Shown one piece after another: positions 27,964 through 33,333 of a stretch of DNA of 33,333 nt; the first letter of the stretch is position 1, and each line of letters begins with the position of its first letter. The stretch lies in the NCBI GenBank assembly GCA_964466125.1, contig CAYXRE010000005.1:1-33333 (forward strand), in the 5' to 3' direction. Position numbers and translations under genes: made by a program. Origin of the DNA: an uncultured Oscillospiraceae bacterium. Its GTDB lineage: Bacteria; Bacillota; Clostridia; Oscillospirales; Ruminococcaceae. The notes under the pieces were generated by a model that was given only the letters and a program-made list of their open reading frames with translations, was not told the DNA's origin and searched no databases.

Positions 27964-30900
27964 TCATTGGACGATATAGAAGTAACGATAAATCTTTCCG
28001 GTATAAGCATGGGAGATACCGGTAATAATTGCGCACGCCTTGCCGGGGTAACGATTGGAGGTATAGGTCAGCGTGTAGTCTACGCCGCGCACAAGCGTTC
28101 TGCCGTATCGGCTGTCCGTTATCACAACGCTCGGGGTCACCGCCTTGCCGGTGTACCGCTGATTCGGGATTGTTTTGGTCTTAACCGTGGAATTGTTCAG
28201 CGCGCGGGCACGGATTATAAAGGTCCTTGTTTTCTGCCCGCCGTAGTTGCCGATACCCGAGCAAACGACTGTCGCGGTTCCGGCATATACGTTGTTGCGA
28301 TAACTCACGTTGTACTCGCGGCCTTGAACCAGGCGTCTTGAGCTGCCTTGCATCAGCGTAATATTCGGGCAGCGCTGTTTGCCGTTGTACTCCTCGCCGT
28401 TATAGCCGCTGTCAAATCGCGCAACGAAATCACTGGTCGAAATGCTGCGCGGCTGAATACTGAAGTTGTATCTAAGCGTGCCGCTCATGTTGTTGAAGCC
28501 GTTGATAACAGCGGTCGCGGTTCCGGCGTTTACATTGTTGTAATATGTTATCGTGTAATCGCTTGTCGATATTCCAATGTTTGTTCCTGGTCTTTTGACA
28601 AGCACCGGCCGAATCGCCGAGCCGGTATAGGTGCATCTTGAGCTATCAATGGAAATCATATCGGCAGAGACGGGACGCCGCTGTATGACAAAAACTCCAA
28701 GGTCGCTGCTGCCGGTATAGTTGCCGTTTGAGCCGGCTTCAATTGTAACCATAACCGGCAAACCGACGGTTCTTGCATCGGGAACGCACGAAGTGCGGTA
28801 ATCGGTGTTAAGCGCGAGTTTTCGTCCGTCGAGCGTAAAGGTCGCGCTCACAATCGGCTTGTCGCCGAAATTGTACAACAGCTTCATGTTCGACGGAGCG
28901 CGCAAATCATCAAGCGAACGAGGTTCAATTTGCTTGACTACTGTGAGTCTTCCCGTATAACCGCCGAGACCCTTGATAATGACGCTCATGTCGCCGGCGT
29001 TTATATTGTTTTTGTAAACGAGGCTGTAATCCTTGTTGAGCTTGAGAGTTACATTGTCGATTACAATCGTCGGCTTCGGAGACTGCGCCTTGCCGTTGTA
29101 GATATAGTGCTCCAAATCCCAGTCCTGAATATCAATGAGTTCAATCGGCTGGGGAACTATCTTGAATTTTTGTGTAACAGAGCCGTTGAACTTACCCTTG
29201 CCGGTTATAATCACGCTTGCGGTCCCGACCGCCTTGTTGTTCGAATACCGAACGGTATAATCGGTGTTTTCAACAAGCGTATAGGTGTCACTTTCCTTGC
29301 TCCAGCTAAGCTCCAGATTCGGCAGAGTGCAGCCGCCGCTCTTATAGTGCTGCTCCTCAACTCCGCTTACCGTACAGGTGCTCAACGGGCGCGCAGAGGT
29401 CACTGCGCGGCTGTCTCGAGTACCGGTCAGTCCCTGACCATCGACGGCGCTTATGGTAAACACGCCGCCGTCGCCGAGCACATTGGGAATTTGGCTGGTA
29501 ATGGTGTACTTGTCGGCAGGTATGACGGTCGAGCCCTTTTTGAGCACGAGCGTGACCTCAGCAAACTGCGCAGAGGCGGGGGCGGGGACATAGTATGCCT
29601 TTACGGCGCTCAAAGACAGAGTATCAATGTCAATGGGCGTGATTGTAAAGCCCTTGGACGCCGTTGCCTCATAATTTCCGCAGCCGGTTATAACAACGCT
29701 TGCGTCGCCGGGGTTGGTATTGTCGGTATAAGAAAGTGTGTAATCGCGTTTAAGCGAAAGCGTCTTTGTGCCCAGTTTTACTCTCGGAACCGGCTTAATC
29801 TGCGCGCCGGTAAACATATAAATGTCCGCGACGCCGGTAAACTGCGCGCTTGCAAGACTCATGGGGTCAATCGTGAAGTGTTCGGTAAGCGTGCCTTGAT
29901 AATTGCCTTTGCCGGTCAGCGTCAGAATGCCGGTTCCAGCATTTACATTGGCGGTGAACCTAAGCGTATAGTCGCGATTCTTTACAAGCGTGCTGCCGCT
30001 GTGCGTAAGGGTGAATTCAGGCGTGAGCGCGGAACCGGTGTAGGTAACGCTCAGCTGCCCGTTGCCTGAGTCGGCCCAGGCAAAAACCGCATCGCCCAGA
30101 GCATCTTTGTTGGTTATCGTGAACGACTTGTTGATTGAACCGGTGAGATTACCCTGACCGGTTATCTTTATGTTTGCAGTGCCGGCATTGACGTTTTTGG
30201 TATAGACGAGTCCATAATTTGCGTTGTCAACCGTAATTAAGCCCTTTTGCAGCGTCAGCTCAACGGGCGGCTCAATGGGGCTTCCTGTCCGCTTCCAAAC
30301 GTTGCGGTAGTTAACGGTCGTCTTGCTGATTGCAAGAGGCGCGATGTCGAAGTAAACGTCCTTGTGTCCGGTGTAAAACTCGCTGCTTGCGGCGGCGGTT
30401 ATGCGAAGGGAGCCTGCAAGGCTTCCCGCGTTGACGTTTGCGCCGTAGCTTACCGTGTAATCGGTGTCGAGCTTGAGCAGCTTGTTGTTCGCTTTTACCG
30501 TTATCTTAGGCGTGAGCTGAGAGCCGGAGTAGGTGGGCTTAGTAACGGTCACCTGAGCGCCCGATAGGTCAAACTTGTCTATCGTGTCGAGGTATTCCAC
30601 TACACCGGTGTAGTTGCCCTTGCCAGTTATTATACAATCGACATATTCGCCGACGTCGTCGTCGCGCTCGAGCGATTTGACGGTGTAATCCTTGCCCTCG
30701 GTCAGGTATCTGTCGTTTTGTTTATCATAGACCACCATGACCGCTTTTGAGCCGTGGTTGTATTCGGCATTAACCTCGAATCCGACCGAAGGTGTGTCGC
30801 TGAGAGCGATTTCACGTCGGGTAATGGTGAACTTTTTTGTTATGGTTCCGCTGTAGCCGCCGATTCCGACAAACTTAACGCTGGCATTACCGGCTTTTGT

Positions 30901-32661
30901 GTTGTTATAGTATGTGACGCGATAATCGACATTCCTGTCCAATTCATCGGTATCGTTTGAGGTAAGCGACACTTGGTCAAGGTCATACGGATTCACCGCT
31001 CTGCCGGAATACTCAAAGACATTGTCGTCGGGTCCGTTTTCAACCTCATCGCTGATTACAAAGAGATAGTCATCGTCAATCGCAGCGATGTTCTGTCGCT
31101 GAATCTTGAAGGTCATGGTAAACGAGCCGGCATAAATTGAGCGAGCCTTGGCGGTGACGGTCACCGTTCCGGTACCGACCGAAAGGTTCTCGCCGTAGCT
31201 GAGCTCATAATCGACGCCTTCCTCAAGCAGATTATCTCCGCCGTTGCCCTCGGCATATATTACTGTCGGCTTCGGTCTTATCTGCTCTCCGGAATAGTCC
31301 TCATTCTCCAGCTTGAGCGCCATGGAAGCGTCCAGCTGTTTTTTCGCAATCAAACAGGTATCTGAATAGCTGCCGGAATAGTTTCCGATAAAGGTCAGTG
31401 TGACTTCAACCGAAAAGTCGCCGTCCTCTCCGCTCAGATTGGTATAGTTGTTGTCATAAGAAATGATATAGTCGGTTCCCGTATTAAGCAGCTTGCCGTT
31501 ATATGTGACCGTGAACGGGTCAAGCAGACCGAAGGAGAAGTCGGTCAAGGCGGATTTTGTTATGCTGACGTCGCTTATGGGGACACCGCCGTTGTCTGTC
31601 AGCGCAAGGGGAACTATCTCGAACTCCTTGACGATAGAATTCGAGTAATCGCGTATGCCGTTTATTATTACCTTCGCCTTGCTCGAAGCGGTGGTGAAGT
31701 CCTTGACGTTTTCATAGCTGACAGTATAATCCTTGTTTGCGACAAGGGTGACTTCCGTTCCGTTGAGATTGTATTTGACCGTCGGGACGAATTTGTGCTC
31801 GGTTCCGTCATACGCGACAGAGCTCGGCACATTCTCGATTTGCGCAAGCGAAATGTCCCGTCCTGCTATCTTGAACGTGTCCGAAAGATAACCTGTGTAG
31901 TTTCCGATACCTTCGATTTTGAGCTTCGCAGTGCCTTTCTTTACATTGTTGGTGCAAGAGACAAAGACATAATCGCGATAAAGCTCAAGCGTGTCGTTGT
32001 AATATGTAAGAGACAGCTCGGGCAGTATTTCAAATCCCGTGTAGTACTGCGTCGGTATGTCGGCAAAATCAACATACGACAGCTCTCTGGGGACAATGTG
32101 GAACCCTTCTTCAACGGTATCCTTGTATTCGCCGATTCCGTTCACCTTAACTGTCGCGTCGTCATAGGCGTCGATGTTGTTGAGATATTCAACGGTGTAG
32201 TCAACATCGCGGCGGAGTGTCCTGCCCTCAAGCACAACGCTCAGCGAAGGCATAATTGCAAAGCCGGAGTATTTATATTCGTCGCTGCCAAGTGTGATTA
32301 CCGCACCGACAATCGAGCTGCGCGCGTCGTCCGCGCTGCCGCTTTCGACATAATTCGCAGTAAGCGAGTTGGTGACAAGATAGGTGTGCATGGCGCCGGT
32401 TTCGCTGCAAAGAATCTGCACATCATCTCCGAGAGAAGTTATGAACTGCGGGTCACTGGGAATTGTCACAACAGAATCCGGCACATAAAGCTGAATGGCT
32501 CCATGTGAAGCCGGAGCGTACAGCGCTTTGGACAAAATCTCCGTAACTCCATCGGGAATTGCAAAGTAAAGGCTTTCGCTTGTATCAAGATAGGCATTTA
32601 CGAGTTTGGTCATGTCCGCGCTGTAAAGCCAGCCGTCAACTGCGACATAGGAGGGGGACAC
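27964..32661 (-). CDS. Main body of a giant surface/secreted protein: the end of a BspA-type LRR block plus ~18 tandem ~80-aa Ig-like (MBG/YGX-like) repeats. It lacks its own signal peptide.
   Basis: 1565-aa ORF whose apparent GTG start is an artefact of the upstream frameshift. The N-terminus SPSYVAVDGWLYSADMTKLV...FAIPDGVTEILSKALY continues the LRR of ORF 32610..33278. Repeats with the core DY[TS][VL].Y.NN.N[AV]GTA.V.I.G.GNY.G....F.I.P follow. Confidence 0.85.
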   Translation of the reverse strand: MSPSYVAVDGWLYSADMTKLVNAYLDTSESLYFAIPDGVTEILSKALYAPASHGAIQLYVPDSVVTIPSDPQFITSLGDDVQILCSETGAMHTYLVTNSLTANYVESGSADDARSSIVGAVITLGSDEYKYSGFAIMPSLSVVLEGRTLRRDVDYTVEYLNNIDAYDDATVKVNGIGEYKDTVEEGFHIVPRELSYVDFADIPTQYYTGFEILPELSLTYYNDTLELYRDYVFVSCTNNVKKGTAKLKIEGIGNYTGYLSDTFKIAGRDISLAQIENVPSSVAYDGTEHKFVPTVKYNLNGTEVTLVANKDYTVSYENVKDFTTASSKAKVIINGIRDYSNSIVKEFEIVPLALTDNGGVPISDVSITKSALTDFSFGLLDPFTVTYNGKLLNTGTDYIISYDNNYTNLSGEDGDFSVEVTLTFIGNYSGSYSDTCLIAKKQLDASMALKLENEDYSGEQIRPKPTVIYAEGNGGDNLLEEGVDYELSYGENLSVGTGTVTVTAKARSIYAGSFTMTFKIQRQNIAAIDDDYLFVISDEVENGPDDNVFEYSGRAVNPYDLDQVSLTSNDTDELDRNVDYRVTYYNNTKAGNASVKFVGIGGYSGTITKKFTITRREIALSDTPSVGFEVNAEYNHGSKAVMVVYDKQNDRYLTEGKDYTVKSLERDDDVGEYVDCIITGKGNYTGVVEYLDTIDKFDLSGAQVTVTKPTYSGSQLTPKITVKANNKLLKLDTDYTVSYGANVNAGSLAGSLRITAAASSEFYTGHKDVYFDIAPLAISKTTVNYRNVWKRTGSPIEPPVELTLQKGLITVDNANYGLVYTKNVNAGTANIKITGQGNLTGSINKSFTITNKDALGDAVFAWADSGNGQLSVTYTGSALTPEFTLTHSGSTLVKNRDYTLRFTANVNAGTGILTLTGKGNYQGTLTEHFTIDPMSLASAQFTGVADIYMFTGAQIKPVPRVKLGTKTLSLKRDYTLSYTDNTNPGDASVVITGCGNYEATASKGFTITPIDIDTLSLSAVKAYYVPAPASAQFAEVTLVLKKGSTVIPADKYTITSQIPNVLGDGGVFTISAVDGQGLTGTRDSRAVTSARPLSTCTVSGVEEQHYKSGGCTLPNLELSWSKESDTYTLVENTDYTVRYSNNKAVGTASVIITGKGKFNGSVTQKFKIVPQPIELIDIQDWDLEHYIYNGKAQSPKPTIVIDNVTLKLNKDYSLVYKNNINAGDMSVIIKGLGGYTGRLTVVKQIEPRSLDDLRAPSNMKLLYNFGDKPIVSATFTLDGRKLALNTDYRTSCVPDARTVGLPVMVTIEAGSNGNYTGSSDLGVFVIQRRPVSADMISIDSSRCTYTGSAIRPVLVKRPGTNIGISTSDYTITYYNNVNAGTATAVINGFNNMSGTLRYNFSIQPRSISTSDFVARFDSGYNGEEYNGKQRCPNITLMQGSSRRLVQGREYNVSYRNNVYAGTATVVCSGIGNYGGQKTRTFIIRARALNNSTVKTKTIPNQRYTGKAVTPSVVITDSRYGRTLVRGVDYTLTYTSNRYPGKACAIITGISHAYTGKIYRYFYIVQ
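27967..32310 (-). repeat. Protein-level tandem repeat array: ~18 copies of ~80 aa, diverged at the DNA level
   Basis: I counted 18 repeat ends by eye. Examples: DYTVEYLNNIDAYDDATVKVNGIGEYKDTVEEGFHIVP, DYRVTYYNNTKAGNASVKFVGIGGYSGTITKKFTIT, DYTITYYNNVNAGTATAVINGFNNMSGTLRYNFSIQP and DYTLTYTSNRYPGKACAIITGISHAYTGKIYRYFYIVQ*. Confidence 0.8.
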
Positions 32662-33278
32662 TCCCGCGGTACGACCGTTATGTCGGTCAGCGGCGTGCCG
32701 TAGAATGCGCCGTCCTCAATCGTGGTAAGCGAGGAGGGGAGAGTCATTGAGTAAAGCGAAGAACAGTTTGCGAATGCCCCCGCTTTTATTGTTGTTATTG
32801 TATCAGGCAGCTCAACCGAGAGAATCGAATTGTTGTTTGCAAAAGCGTCCTGCTCAATACCGATTACGGTAACCGGCAGCGTCGGGTCTCCGTTTGTGGA
32901 CGGAACGATTACGATACCGCCGTTTCCGACATAGCCGGTTATGTATGTGCCGTCGGGAGAGTATACAAAATCCGTGTATTCGCTCGCGTCGGTGGAGACA
33001 GCAGGCAGCGGCTCCTCGGAAACTTCCGGCAGCACTGCATCGCTCTGAGCCTCCGCTTGAGCGACAGGCACAGTTTCCTGCGTATCAAATTCCGATGTCT
33101 CGTCCGACGTCGGCTCGACGGCAGAATCCGCGTTTTCAAGCAACGCGCGGAACTCCTCTTCGGTTATTTCCACTTCTCCCGAAGCCAAAGCTCCGTCTGT
33201 GGTCTCAACCGCCATTACCGGCAGGAATGTGCTTAGAATAAGCGAAAGACATAGAAGAACGCTTATCAGTTTTTTCAT
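32610..33278 (-). CDS. N-terminal fragment of the same giant protein: signal peptide, acidic linker and the first BspA-type leucine-rich repeats
   Basis: 222-aa ORF. It starts with MKKLISVLLCLSLILSTFLPVMA (Sec signal), followed by an E/T/S/P-rich linker. The LRR units are VIGIEQDAFANNNSILSVELPDTITTIKAGAFANCSSLYSMTLPSSLTTIEDGAFYGTPLTDITV. The ORF then ends in a nonsense tail (PRECPPPMSQLTAGFTART*) that overlaps the next ORF. Confidence 0.85.
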   Translation of the reverse strand: MKKLISVLLCLSLILSTFLPVMAVETTDGALASGEVEITEEEFRALLENADSAVEPTSDETSEFDTQETVPVAQAEAQSDAVLPEVSEEPLPAVSTDASEYTDFVYSPDGTYITGYVGNGGIVIVPSTNGDPTLPVTVIGIEQDAFANNNSILSVELPDTITTIKAGAFANCSSLYSMTLPSSLTTIEDGAFYGTPLTDITVVPRECPPPMSQLTAGFTART

Positions 33279-33333
33279 TTCAAATCCTTTCTCATCGTGG
33301 CTGTAAAAAGCAGCCGTTGCTGTTGCTATATAT

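Noticed and set aside
28930-30069. 379-aa plus-strand ORF inside the giant repeat gene
   Set aside because: It is antisense to the repeat array. Its periodic composition simply reflects the repeats on the other strand.
32653-32657. The G5 tract as a programmed phase-variation switch
   Set aside because: Five nucleotides is short for efficient slipped-strand mispairing. An assembly error or a fixed mutation is more likely. I kept it only as a minor alternative within the frameshift finding.
33279-33333. Weak hairpin GGCTG-N7-CAGCC upstream of the giant gene
   Set aside because: The stem is only 5 bp, the T-run lies in the loop rather than after the stem, and the window ends here. It is not interpretable.

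Overview
This window reads as a chromosomal segment from an endospore-forming, Clostridia-type Firmicute: a ger operon, yunB, whiA and a DUF421 gene are all present. Third codon positions are GC-rich, which produces many full-length antisense shadow ORFs. The window is almost entirely coding, and the largest non-coding gap is about 225 bp. I saw no rRNA, tRNA, CRISPR array, transposase or integrase.

Gene layout:
- 1-3.1 kb (minus strand): a compact type IV pilus operon. A consensus-like promoter is followed by the pilin gene, a strong hairpin, the prepilin peptidase, the PilC platform protein and a PilM-like gene that runs off the window.
- 3.2-5.7 kb (minus strand): an MBOAT O-acyltransferase with an AlgJ/AlgX-like partner.
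- 5.9-11.4 kb (plus strand): asnS, a PLP aminotransferase, a strongly diverged SecD/SecF-like membrane pair and nrdR.
- 11.4-12.4 kb (minus strand): a DUF421 (YetF-like) and DUF4363 pair, transcribed divergently from the next block.
- 12.5-26.6 kb (plus strand): a gerA/B/C-type germinant receptor operon, then hprK, murB, rapZ and whiA (with no yvcK), then dnaE, pfkA, yunB and ligA.
- 26.7-33.3 kb (minus strand): the accessory-looking part. It holds a giant exported protein with BspA-type leucine-rich repeats (LRR) followed by about 18 tandem Ig-like repeats, then a secreted, membrane-anchored metallophosphoesterase.

Main observations:
- Both right-end genes are interrupted by single-nucleotide frameshifts at short homopolymers.
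- The degenerate SecDF-like pair and the anchorless giant repeat protein are the most interesting items.
- I found no clear novel multi-gene system, and most of the window is ordinary core genome.
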